Shown in pieces: positions 16,120-24,931 of a stretch of DNA of 28,121 nt. Under the pieces are notes generated by a model. The model saw only the letters and a program-made list of their open reading frames with translations, was not told the origin of the DNA and ran no database searches. Origin of the DNA: a virus (lineage: Duplodnaviria; Caudoviricetes); the IMG/VR virus record IMGVR_UViG_3300030376_002572, positions 1 to 28,121 of that record; one strand, 5' to 3'. The first letter of the stretch is position 1. Every line of letters begins with the position of its first letter. A program made the translations under genes and the position numbers.

Positions 16120-19100
16120 ATGGCATTAAGCAATATAACAGTCACCACTTCAGAAGCAAATGTATCGGTAGACTTACAAAATACAACAGTATCAGTTACT
16201 AGTGTTCCTAGTAATATTATAGTAGGATCTGCATCTTTTGTAAGTGATTCTGCTATTAGGGAAGCAATTAGTAATGTTAGCCCGATTTTATACGATAATT
16301 CCACAGGCGTAATATCTTTTGATGGCGTCGCGGCTTTTGGTGCTAGGACAACAGATGATTTAGCACAAGGCAGTACAAATTTATACTTTAAACAAAGTGC
16401 AAATAACACAACGTCAGGCACTATCACAGCAGGTGCTTTTGTAGGAGACGGTTCTGGGCTAACTAATATAGATGAATTAACAAATGCACAAGTTCTTGCT
16501 CATATAGCCTTAAATCCACTTACAGTAGGCGGTAATTTAACAGTAAATGGTAATTTAAATTACGAAAATGTAGCAGATTTATATGTTACAGACCAAAAGA
16601 TTACACTTAATGCAAATGCAACTACAGATGCAGATGTAGAAATTATATCTAATAGACCTCAATCAACTAGTACAAAAATTAAATGGAATGAAACCACAGA
16701 TAAATGGACATTTACTAATGATGGAAGTACATTTTATGAATTAATTGAAAAAAATACATCCGATTTAGTACATATTGCAGGAACACAAACAATCACCGGT
16801 GATAAATCACATACTGGTAAATTAACTGTAAAGAATTTTGTAGAAACACTATCTGATCAGGGAAATGTAGCAAGTGGTACAGTAACATTTGACATAAACA
16901 ATGGTACCATGCAAGAATTTAACTTGGTATCTAATGTATCAACGTTAGCAATGAATAATTTTGTAGCAGGTAACTCTGGTACAATGATTTTAAAACAAGA
17001 TGCAGTAGGACACAGAATATTCACTAGTGATTTCTCTCCAACATGGAAATGGGTAAATAACGATTCTACATTAAGTACAAACCCAAATGCAGAAGATGTA
17101 ATTACATTCTTTTATGACGGCACTAATTTTTATGGTAGTATCAATACCATGGACGAGGAAGGAGAAATACAAAATAGCTCATTAGCAAACAGTAATGTTG
17201 TAGTTAATGGTGTTACTATTGATCTAGGAGGATCTGGTACTATAGTAGCAAATGCTAATTTGTCATCAATAAGTGTTAATACAGCATCGCCTTCAGGAAA
17301 TGGTGCTTTAGCATTTGATAGTGCAACTAACGTATTTTCTTTTACACCAGCAGACACTAGTCTAGCAACTAAATCTACAAGCAATTTAGCAGAAGGCACA
17401 AATTTATACTATACTGATGCCAGAAGCAGAGCGGCAGTAAGTGTATCACAGGCAAGTGCTAGTGGCTCAGGTACTTTAGCATATGACAACAGCACAGGTG
17501 TAATTACATATACACCTCCTGCATTATCTGGTTTTATAGATCTTACAGATTTAAGTGTATCGACAACAACTGCCAGTAGTGGTGGTTCATTAGCATATGA
17601 TGACAGCACAGGTGTATTTACATTTGCACCAGCAGTACCAGGTATTGGATTAGCAAATTTAAGTGTATCAACAACAAGTGCAAGTAGTGGTGGATCTTTA
17701 GCATACGATAATAGTACAGGTGCATTTACATTTGCACCAGCAGTACCAGGTATACAATTAACAGAATTAAGTGTAACTCAAGCAAGTGCTAGTGGTTCAG
17801 GCACATTAGCATACGATAATAGTTCTGGTGTATTTACATATACCCCACCAGATTTATCAACGTTTGGTTTAACAAACGCACAGGCACAAGCCTTTATACA
17901 AAGTAATGGCTTGGCTATGACTAGCAACCTTACTAGTAACAGTCTTATAAGCACTACTGGTAATGTGCAAATAAATTCAGGAACTGCCGTAGATGGTATA
18001 ACAGGATTTACATTTGATGCCACTACTAATGGTATTGGATTAGGAACAGTAACTCCTACAGCACAAATACATGTAGTTAGAGATACAACAAGTGCATCAA
18101 CACCACCAGACATTTTATTAGGTGAATTTTCAGACAGTAGCACAAACGGTAACATGCTACGATTTAAACGTAGTAACGGTTCTACAGCATCGCCTACAGT
18201 TATAGGAAACAACGATTTAGTAAGTATTACTAACTATGAAGCACATGATGGTACAGCATATATTGACCAATTTGCAGAATTTGTATATCATGACAACAGT
18301 ATTCAATCAGCATCAACAGGCAATGTTGCACTAAGTAAAGAATTTGTAACCAGATTAGATAACGATGAATTCTTAAATCCTGTCATGACTTTAATGGGTA
18401 ATGGTACTATAAGATTTAACAAATCATCACAAAAGAACTTTGGTTCAGGTAGTGCACCTTTTGGTACAGCAAATTTAGATATAAACGGTAATTTTGTAAC
18501 AGCAGGTACTATTACAGCAACTGGTAACATCACAGGTACCAGTAACATAGCAGGCGGAAATATAAGTGCTACAACAAATGTAGGAGCCGCAATTGTTTCA
18601 GCATCTAGTAGAGCAGAAGCACCTAAATTATATGGTGGTAATATCACTGTAGATTTAAGTCTAATTTTAGGTTCCACACAAAGTGGTGGCGGACAAAGTT
18701 ATATACAATTTAGTAGTGCTAATGATCCTGATGTGCCAGACGGAACAAAATTGTTTATACAGGATTCTAGTGCAACTAATCCATTTGCTAATGGTTCTAT
18801 AACATCAGATAATGTATTCTTTACAAGGAAATTCAGTGGTGGTGGCGGATATTATCTGCTATACACAGACGAAGCATGTCAAAATTTAGTATCTGCCAGT
18901 ACAGTAGATATAAATCCAACAACAGCAAATGTAACATATGCCATGTTACAGGCCAGAGATGCTATAACATTAGGGCCGGATAGTGCGGCAAGAAGTTCAA
19001 ATGTATATTTACAAAAAGCCAGAATAAGGTATGATGTAGATATTGGTGAAGTTAATTTAAGAAATAGTAAAGTAGATATAAGTGGTGATACCACAATGAC

Positions 19101-20880
19101 TAACTATAGTGGTAATGCGGCACTTACACTGGTAAACAACAGAAACGACTCTGTTATACCTACACAATTGGTAATGAAGCAAAACAAAAATGCTGGTTTT
19201 ACCGCAGGTGTGGCAGGTGATCAGTTAAGTGTGTTAAACACACAGGGTATGACCACAAATACAGGTTCTGGACTAAAAACATACGCAAATGTTTTAGCAA
19301 AAATTACAGATCCTACAGATGGTGCAGAAGACGGTGAGATAGACTTTAGATTAATTAAAGCAGGTACTGAAACAAGTACAATGTTGCTAAAATCTACTGA
19401 AATGGACTTAAATGTACCACTAACTAGTAACAGTAATATAACAACTAGCGGTTCATTCGTTGGAGATGCTAGTGGTTTAACTAATGTACCAGGCGGTACA
19501 TCTTTTGGTACTATTACAGTATCAGGTCAAACAAACATACAAGCCAGCCAATCAAATGCTATATTTGACATAGCAAGTACAGGAGATATTACACTATCAA
19601 CATCAGGCAATACACTGACTATTGGTGGTTCAGGTGCAGGTTATGGTAATGCAGAAGTAACAACTTATTTGGCTTCAGGTACAAGTACTGGTAATATTGC
19701 TTACACAGGTAATTTAAATATAGAATCTGGCAATTCATCCTTAACTATAGACAATTACTTTGGTAATGTTAACACAGGCAGTATAGATCAAATATTATTT
19801 AATAGTGATCCAGGCTTGTTTAATGGACAACCTATAACATTTAGCGGTACTATAAACAGTGATTTAGTATTCCTAAACGGTAACACATATTTTGTACAAG
19901 GTGCAGGTGGAGGATTTTACAGATTATATACAGATGCTGGCACACTAACTGGTCTCACTAGTGGATTAGGACAAGAAGATCCACAAAGTCTGGTAGGAGC
20001 AGTCAGAAATCCAACAAATTGTGAAGCACTAGTACAAGGTAACGTAAAAGTAGGTCAGGGTGGTACTTTACACGCAGATGCATTTAAACCTACTACATCA
20101 GGAGGCACAATATCCTTCTCAGGTGTAAGAATGTCAGATGTTGGACTAGGCAGTGGTGGTGCTAACTTCTTCTTCCCAGAAACAGGCGGAAATACAGAAG
20201 GTGCACTACTTACAGCACATAGTGATAACGTTGGTACTTGGGAAAACACTATTGACATAGAATATGACGATGTGTCAGGTCCAGAAGCACTAAAATATAC
20301 AAATTACAGAAATACTTCAGTTGCTATTGAAACAATGTTCAAAAGGGCAAGAGGTACCAAGGCATCTCCAGCCGCATTAGATGGAACATCTAGTGGTGGT
20401 GGAGGAGATCGTGTTTGGGAACAAGAGTACTATGGACATGATGGTACTGATTTCCAAGTCACAATGGGAGAACATGTCTACGTAGATGAAGCAACAAATA
20501 GTGTTGCTACAGGTGTTGTGCCATTAGCAAAAGAGATATATGTAAGATATAACGGTGATACCAGTGTTAGCCCAATACAAAGTATTGTAAAATACAGAGC
20601 CAATAAACATATTGAATTTAATGCCCCTACAGGTACTAGAGGATATGGCACACAGGGTAACGCAAACATACAGATGGATGGTAGCATCTATAGTGCTCAA
20701 GACATTGACGCACTAAATGTTGCACCCAGACAGTACTTACAGTTAAAAAATTATACAACAACAGAAATAAATGCACTAAGTGGTATGGCCGCAGGATATA
20801 TGGTGTTTAACACAACATTATCATTAGTATGTGTTTATAACGGGTTAGCATGGCGTAAAATAAACGACGCCGCAATGTAA
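16120..20880 (+). CDS. Long mosaic tail fibre/adhesin
   Basis: 1586 aa, S/T/G/N-rich; TTDDLAQGSTNLYF and LAYDNSTGVFTYTPP repeats; C-terminal YTTTEINAL..GYMVFNTT..VYNG.AW module. Confidence 0.85.
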   Translation: MALSNITVTTSEANVSVDLQNTTVSVTSVPSNIIVGSASFVSDSAIREAISNVSPILYDNSTGVISFDGVAAFGARTTDDLAQGSTNLYFKQSANNTTSGTITAGAFVGDGSGLTNIDELTNAQVLAHIALNPLTVGGNLTVNGNLNYENVADLYVTDQKITLNANATTDADVEIISNRPQSTSTKIKWNETTDKWTFTNDGSTFYELIEKNTSDLVHIAGTQTITGDKSHTGKLTVKNFVETLSDQGNVASGTVTFDINNGTMQEFNLVSNVSTLAMNNFVAGNSGTMILKQDAVGHRIFTSDFSPTWKWVNNDSTLSTNPNAEDVITFFYDGTNFYGSINTMDEEGEIQNSSLANSNVVVNGVTIDLGGSGTIVANANLSSISVNTASPSGNGALAFDSATNVFSFTPADTSLATKSTSNLAEGTNLYYTDARSRAAVSVSQASASGSGTLAYDNSTGVITYTPPALSGFIDLTDLSVSTTTASSGGSLAYDDSTGVFTFAPAVPGIGLANLSVSTTSASSGGSLAYDNSTGAFTFAPAVPGIQLTELSVTQASASGSGTLAYDNSSGVFTYTPPDLSTFGLTNAQAQAFIQSNGLAMTSNLTSNSLISTTGNVQINSGTAVDGITGFTFDATTNGIGLGTVTPTAQIHVVRDTTSASTPPDILLGEFSDSSTNGNMLRFKRSNGSTASPTVIGNNDLVSITNYEAHDGTAYIDQFAEFVYHDNSIQSASTGNVALSKEFVTRLDNDEFLNPVMTLMGNGTIRFNKSSQKNFGSGSAPFGTANLDINGNFVTAGTITATGNITGTSNIAGGNISATTNVGAAIVSASSRAEAPKLYGGNITVDLSLILGSTQSGGGQSYIQFSSANDPDVPDGTKLFIQDSSATNPFANGSITSDNVFFTRKFSGGGGYYLLYTDEACQNLVSASTVDINPTTANVTYAMLQARDAITLGPDSAARSSNVYLQKARIRYDVDIGEVNLRNSKVDISGDTTMTNYSGNAALTLVNNRNDSVIPTQLVMKQNKNAGFTAGVAGDQLSVLNTQGMTTNTGSGLKTYANVLAKITDPTDGAEDGEIDFRLIKAGTETSTMLLKSTEMDLNVPLTSNSNITTSGSFVGDASGLTNVPGGTSFGTITVSGQTNIQASQSNAIFDIASTGDITLSTSGNTLTIGGSGAGYGNAEVTTYLASGTSTGNIAYTGNLNIESGNSSLTIDNYFGNVNTGSIDQILFNSDPGLFNGQPITFSGTINSDLVFLNGNTYFVQGAGGGFYRLYTDAGTLTGLTSGLGQEDPQSLVGAVRNPTNCEALVQGNVKVGQGGTLHADAFKPTTSGGTISFSGVRMSDVGLGSGGANFFFPETGGNTEGALLTAHSDNVGTWENTIDIEYDDVSGPEALKYTNYRNTSVAIETMFKRARGTKASPAALDGTSSGGGGDRVWEQEYYGHDGTDFQVTMGEHVYVDEATNSVATGVVPLAKEIYVRYNGDTSVSPIQSIVKYRANKHIEFNAPTGTRGYGTQGNANIQMDGSIYSAQDIDALNVAPRQYLQLKNYTTTEINALSGMAAGYMVFNTTLSLVCVYNGLAWRKINDAAM
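17260..17856 (+). repeat. Five copies of a 36-39-aa repeat within the fibre
   Basis: LSV..ASSGGSLAYDNSTGVFTFAP units; tttacatttgcaccagcagtaccaggtat recurs at a 108-nt spacing (17617, 17725). Confidence 0.9.
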
Positions 20881-20895
20881 TAAAAGGAGTATACT

Positions 20896-20979
20896 ATGCC
20901 AATGGGTAAAGGACAAAGAGGCGGAAAGAAAAAGAAGAAGAAAGGCCAAAGAGGTGGAAAAGGTTCTAAAAGAGGATAA
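20896..20979 (+). CDS. 27-aa highly basic peptide MPMGKGQRGGKKKKKKGQRGGKGSKRG
   Basis: AAGGAG RBS 6 nt upstream; too short for the ORF track. Confidence 0.7.
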   Translation: MPMGKGQRGGKKKKKKGQRGGKGSKRG

Positions 20980-21325
20980 GTGGGCTACTTATTTTGCGAA
21001 AATACGCAAAGTATGTCCATGGAGTCTAACCGCTTTTATGAAAGATAAAATATTGTTTGTAGAAACAAATGGCAGTTGTTTAGATACATACGCAAAATTG
21101 TTTCCGCATACAGAATATGAGGCTGTTGTTTATAAATGGCCCGATGCCAGTGTAGAATGGTTACAAACCATGTGTGATGGCTTAAATGAAATATACGACA
21201 CAGAATGGCTATGGAGCCACCCAGATGAAGGTGGAGATAGCACACACATACCAGTATTGATACAACAAGATGCTACACAATTAGCATTACTTAGGGAGAA
21301 AATAGGATATGTGGACGAAGATTAA
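20954..21325 (+). CDS. Hypothetical protein, 123 aa
   Basis: GTG start; CPWS and WLWSHP motifs. Confidence 0.7.
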   Translation: MEKVLKEDKWATYFAKIRKVCPWSLTAFMKDKILFVETNGSCLDTYAKLFPHTEYEAVVYKWPDASVEWLQTMCDGLNEIYDTEWLWSHPDEGGDSTHIPVLIQQDATQLALLREKIGYVDED

Positions 21326-21378
21326 AGAACATATAAAAGCATTTTGCCAAAAATGTAAAGATTTATTAGGAATGTAAA

Positions 21379-21498
21379 ATGGAAGAACAAATTGCAGAAT
21401 TAAAACAAAAATTATACAGTAATGAAATTACTATAGCAGAATATGATGCTCAATTACATACTATATATGTAAATAATAATGCTTTTGGATCATTATAA
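21379..21498 (+). CDS. Small hypothetical protein, 39 aa (MEEQIAELKQKLYSNEITIAEYDAQ...)
   Basis: AGGA upstream; TAATG coupling to the next gene. Confidence 0.55.
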   Translation: MEEQIAELKQKLYSNEITIAEYDAQLHTIYVNNNAFGSL

Positions 21499-21722
21499 TG
21501 GCCAAACGAATAACAACACAAGAACTCCATAATGAGATTGAGCAGATCAGAAATCATGACCTAAATCATCTACATAAATGTACTCATAATTTATGGGAAG
21601 ACGTCAAAGACAACAGAAAATATTTTGAAAGCAGATTAGATCGCCTAGACAATCGAATTTGGGGTCTTGTGTTACTTACTATAAGTACATTGGGTGCAAC
21701 AGTAGCCAGTATGATGATATAA
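21498..21722 (+). CDS. Coiled-coil protein with a C-terminal TM helix (XhlA/holin-like)
   Basis: RLDRLDNR followed by hydrophobic IWGLVLLTISTLGATVASMMI. Confidence 0.6.
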   Translation: MAKRITTQELHNEIEQIRNHDLNHLHKCTHNLWEDVKDNRKYFESRLDRLDNRIWGLVLLTISTLGATVASMMI

Positions 21723-22027
21723 TGCCAGTAGCACCAGATTACATAGCCAAAGTAGCCAGAGAGGCACTGGAAATACGTGAAACACTACCTAAAAGTCGTC
21801 AGGCAGGCACACTGGTAGGACTTGCAAGAGCAAACCAGTTAGCAAACGGCGAGAACTTATCACAACAAACACTAATCAGAATGCGTAGTTACTTAATACG
21901 AGCTAGAGAGAACTACAGACAAGCAAAAAGAGCCGGCTTAGATGCCAGCAACAGCAAAGCCATACAGGCATATATGTTATGGGGCGGTCCTCGTGCCTTA
22001 ACATGGGTTAACAGCCAAATCACTTAA
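21722..22027 (+). CDS. Conserved phage domain of unknown function, 101 aa (start reassigned to 21722)
   Basis: GTLVGLARANQLANGENLS..RMRSY..AYMLWGG motif; TAATG coupling. Confidence 0.75.
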   Translation: MPVAPDYIAKVAREALEIRETLPKSRQAGTLVGLARANQLANGENLSQQTLIRMRSYLIRARENYRQAKRAGLDASNSKAIQAYMLWGGPRALTWVNSQIT

Positions 22028-22083
22028 AAACATACCTTATACCTTATTATTTACCTGTTTTCTATACTTATTTTAGCGAATAA

Positions 22084-22120
22084 GATAAATAAAAGTGTAG
22101 CAACAATTAAGTTACTACAC
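22084..22120 (+). promoter_or_regulatory. GATAAATA box plus 5' hairpin
   Basis: Box 22084-22091; gtgtagcaac-aattaa-gttactacac 22095-22120; AAGGAG follows. Confidence 0.65.
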
Positions 22121-22133
22121 AAAGGAGAACAAC

Positions 22134-22316
22134 ATGGCAATAGAATTAGACAACTTAAAAATAGAACAATTAATGGGATCAGATGGAGACATGTGGCACT
22201 CAGTAATAGATACAGATACTGACGAAATATTGAAGTCCTTCAAAGAATTAGAATCTGCAATGAATTATGCAGAATTAATTTTAATGGGACAACAAATTAA
22301 GAAGGAGGAGGCGTAA
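22134..22316 (+). CDS. Small acidic hypothetical protein, 60 aa
   Basis: AAGGAG RBS. Confidence 0.75.
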   Translation: MAIELDNLKIEQLMGSDGDMWHSVIDTDTDEILKSFKELESAMNYAELILMGQQIKKEEA

Positions 22317-22340
22317 GCCTTCTCTATATAGGAGACCAAA

Positions 22341-22844
22341 ATGGCAACAGATAAAGGAAAATGGATAAAAGGATCTGGCAAATATACTGAATACAGGTAT
22401 AGATCAGAATCAGACAAAAATTATACTACAAGGCAACATAGTAATCTTACACTAGGTGAAAACCCAGACTCATTTTACAGTAAATGGGGCATACATGCAG
22501 TAGACTTAGCAAAACAGGAAGGCGTACACCCTGCAACTATACACATGAGAGTACAGAACTATGGCACACCCTTTCAACGCAAAGCAAAGCCTACTTTAGC
22601 GGAAAAATTACATCACAAAACAGATTATGAACTGGGTTTAGAGTTAAATCTACATCCACAAAGTGTTAGACGTAAAGTAAACAAGTATAAAGATGCTTAT
22701 TACGAGAACCCACGTCAACAACACCCACTAAGAGGCAAAGTAATCAGTGCAACAGATGACTGGAGAGCAAATACTAAGCGAACTACGTTTTGGTTACATC
22801 CTTTACATGAAAATTATCCACATGAAGCCAGGAAGGGACTATGA
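22341..22844 (+). CDS. Putative DNA-binding protein with two HTH-like segments
   Basis: AVDLAKQEGVHPATIHMRV and DYELGLELNLHPQSVRRKV; AGGAG RBS. Confidence 0.6.
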   Translation: MATDKGKWIKGSGKYTEYRYRSESDKNYTTRQHSNLTLGENPDSFYSKWGIHAVDLAKQEGVHPATIHMRVQNYGTPFQRKAKPTLAEKLHHKTDYELGLELNLHPQSVRRKVNKYKDAYYENPRQQHPLRGKVISATDDWRANTKRTTFWLHPLHENYPHEARKGL

Positions 22845-23326
22845 GTGTAAGCACACAAGACGTACCTCTAAAAACAGATAAAGGTAAATTTGAACAAATA
22901 GCATTTAGACCTAAAACAACATCAGAAGGCAAAGAAACAGGTTATGTGTTCATACAACCAGAAGACCTGGATTATATTATGTACTGGATGCAAAGGTTTC
23001 TGATAGAAGGCGCTAGTCGAAGTGTTCAGGAAGATGATACCTGGAAGGTGTTAAATAATTTAAATGGTGAAGGTGTAGGTATATCGTTACCTAAAAGCAG
23101 TTATTTTAGCAAAGCAGAAAACAGTATAATAAGTTATGTGGGCGGTATTTTAAGCAATCATTACAGAAGCAATGCTGACTTAAACAAAAACCAACTTAAA
23201 AAAATAACAGAAGTATGGAATAAATTAATTGTACCACTGTTTGACAGCGCCTGGACACCAGGTTACAACTATAAAACAAAGGCAGACATACAACCTCCTA
23301 AAAGAATATCGTTTAAGGTGCATTAA
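22841..23326 (+). CDS. Hypothetical protein, 161 aa
   Basis: ATGA overlap with the upstream gene; no recognised motif. Confidence 0.7.
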   Translation: MSVSTQDVPLKTDKGKFEQIAFRPKTTSEGKETGYVFIQPEDLDYIMYWMQRFLIEGASRSVQEDDTWKVLNNLNGEGVGISLPKSSYFSKAENSIISYVGGILSNHYRSNADLNKNQLKKITEVWNKLIVPLFDSAWTPGYNYKTKADIQPPKRISFKVH

Positions 23327-23414
23327 GATAAATATTATTTGAAGTAGGCGACTATCATATATCTGACGATTGGTCTCCGAAGATGTTACAATTAGCATTT
23401 AGCGTCTACTTCAA
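23327..23414 (+). promoter_or_regulatory. GATAAATA box plus structured leader
   Basis: Box 23327-23334; 12-bp stem ttgaagtaggcg (23339-23350) / cgtctacttcaa (23403-23414). Confidence 0.6.
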
Positions 23415-23427
23415 CTTAGGCAACTAT

Positions 23428-23757
23428 ATGACAGAATTACAAACATATAAACACGAACGCAGAGTCAAGAACTTCCTGCGAACTAAACAGTTGCCCGTAA
23501 AGTATTTAGACTATGACAATGTAGTGATATATACTAAAGCAAAACAAACAGTTAATCTTAATATTATATCTGAAAAAGATAAAAAAATATTAAACAAATT
23601 TACTAAAAATTGGGTAATCGCTAAAGGTGATGTAAAACCCAGTTATGTGAAACGTGTGTCAGGTATGATAAAACATTATGCCTACAAGATGCAAAATTTA
23701 GCATTGAGAAATGCCAGATTACAAAGGAAGAACAACCTTAAATTGAGTAAGGCCTGA
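23428..23757 (+). CDS. Basic hypothetical protein, 109 aa (likely start 23428)
   Basis: K/R-rich; begins after the leader stem with AGG upstream. Confidence 0.65.
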   Translation: MTELQTYKHERRVKNFLRTKQLPVKYLDYDNVVIYTKAKQTVNLNIISEKDKKILNKFTKNWVIAKGDVKPSYVKRVSGMIKHYAYKMQNLALRNARLQRKNNLKLSKA

Positions 23758-24210
23758 ATAAGCCTGTAAATATGCCTGAGGCACATGAAGATGCTAACAC
23801 CTCAGGACACTGAAGCAATGCTACTACTAGAAGTATTGTGGATATATGTGTGAGAGCGACCAGCCTGTTATAGCCAGGTGAAGATGATAGACAACTCCTA
23901 ACTTAAATGGTTCCTAGTAGACTCAGCCCGAGGTGCACTTAATTGTGTTATACCGCTATAGGCTATCTTTTTTTTGTTTATAAAAAACAGTTAGCACTCT
24001 TTTGATTTCATTTCATTCATCAGCCCCCATGAGGTGTTCGATTTTCGAAGAAGGAATGTCTTATAAGACATGAAGTTAAATCAAGTAACGACATCGGAGT
24101 TACTTGTTTATCGAATGTCGTTGTAAATGCGAAGCATTTGCAAGAATATAGTCCGGATACTTACATAATCCACTTAACTGTGGATTTCTTCGTGAGTTGT
24201 ATTTCGGGTA
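23758..24210. other. Largest non-coding region, rich in inverted repeats (candidate ncRNA and/or origin)
   Basis: About 450 nt with no ORF in the track; several stems, a T-run, a 16-bp palindrome and a GCGAAGC hairpin. Confidence 0.55.
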
Positions 24211-24238
24211 TTGACAATTCCGGGTTTCAGTGTATAAT
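24211..24238 (+). promoter_or_regulatory. Sigma70 consensus promoter
   Basis: TTGACA (24211-24216), 16-nt spacer, TATAAT (24233-24238). Confidence 0.8.
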
Positions 24239-24244
24239 AGTATT

Positions 24245-24547
24245 ATGAGACAAGCAAAACATAAGTGTGATACACATCAGGTAGATATAGATTTAGATAC
24301 AGTTAATAATGCAGGATTACCTGCCATAGTGTGTGCTGAGTGTATAACTAAAAAAGGTCCTCGTAAAGGTAAACCCAAATTCATATGCTGGATTAACACC
24401 AGAGACTATTGTAAAATGCAATATGGAGACAAATGGGAAATAAAATATACCGAAATGATGTCTGAAATGCAACAGCAAAACACAGAACAAGCACAGGATC
24501 ATTATACAAATGCTGATACCCCAGGCAATTATACAGCCTATACTTAA
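24245..24547 (+). CDS. Cys-rich hypothetical protein, 100 aa, probably leaderless
   Basis: ATG at the expected +1 of the promoter; CDTH and CAEC motifs. Confidence 0.65.
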   Translation: MRQAKHKCDTHQVDIDLDTVNNAGLPAIVCAECITKKGPRKGKPKFICWINTRDYCKMQYGDKWEIKYTEMMSEMQQQNTEQAQDHYTNADTPGNYTAYT

Positions 24548-24591
24548 CCACTAAACCAGTCGGAAATACCGCACATACTGTAAATATCAGT

Positions 24592-24885
24592 ATGGAAGTA
24601 ACACCTGAACAAAGAAGACAATTGCTTACTATGAATCAGACAGCGGATCATATGTTTACCTGGGTATATGATGTATTACAGAGTAAAACAGTCACAGTAA
24701 AGCAATACAACCTTTTAATTAAAATAATAGACATGAACCCACAAGAACAAATGGGTTATGTTATACACGAAAATACCCTATATCCAGTACCCAGAAAAGT
24801 AAAGAGATACCAGAAAACAGCAACCGGCTGGAAATTTACCAAGAGATACAGTGGCATAACCAAATCACGCAGAAAGGATAAATAG
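24592..24885 (+). CDS. Hypothetical protein, 97 aa, basic C-terminus
   Basis: No SD; ATG starts 6 nt after GTAAATA. Confidence 0.65.
   Translation: MEVTPEQRRQLLTMNQTADHMFTWVYDVLQSKTVTVKQYNLLIKIIDMNPQEQMGYVIHENTLYPVPRKVKRYQKTATGWKFTKRYSGITKSRRKDK
24877..24884 (+). promoter_or_regulatory. GATAAATA box upstream of terS
   Basis: aaaggataaatag context matches the boxes at 441 and 15533. Confidence 0.6.
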
Positions 24886-24931
24886 ATATACGCAAACAGT
24901 AGCGACGATACTGATTATACAGGAGATGCAA

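Noticed and set aside
17430-17856. Direct repeats as a possible CRISPR array or DGR template/variable pair
   Set aside because: They are in-frame protein repeats with no unique spacers, and no reverse transcriptase gene is present.
21309-21377. 22-aa ORF MWTKIKEHIKAFCQKCKDLLGM
   Set aside because: It fills a gap and may be real, but it is too short to support from sequence alone.
22841-23326. 161-aa ORF as a gp55-like late sigma factor
   Set aside because: The size fits, but the gp55 motifs I know (YVNNK, NF..Y, NPFAYFT) are absent; a remote-homology search is still needed.
21659-24931. Track start codons at 21659, 23383, 24230 and 24926
   Set aside because: Coupling, RBS spacing and promoter position favour 21722, 23428, 24245 and 24932.
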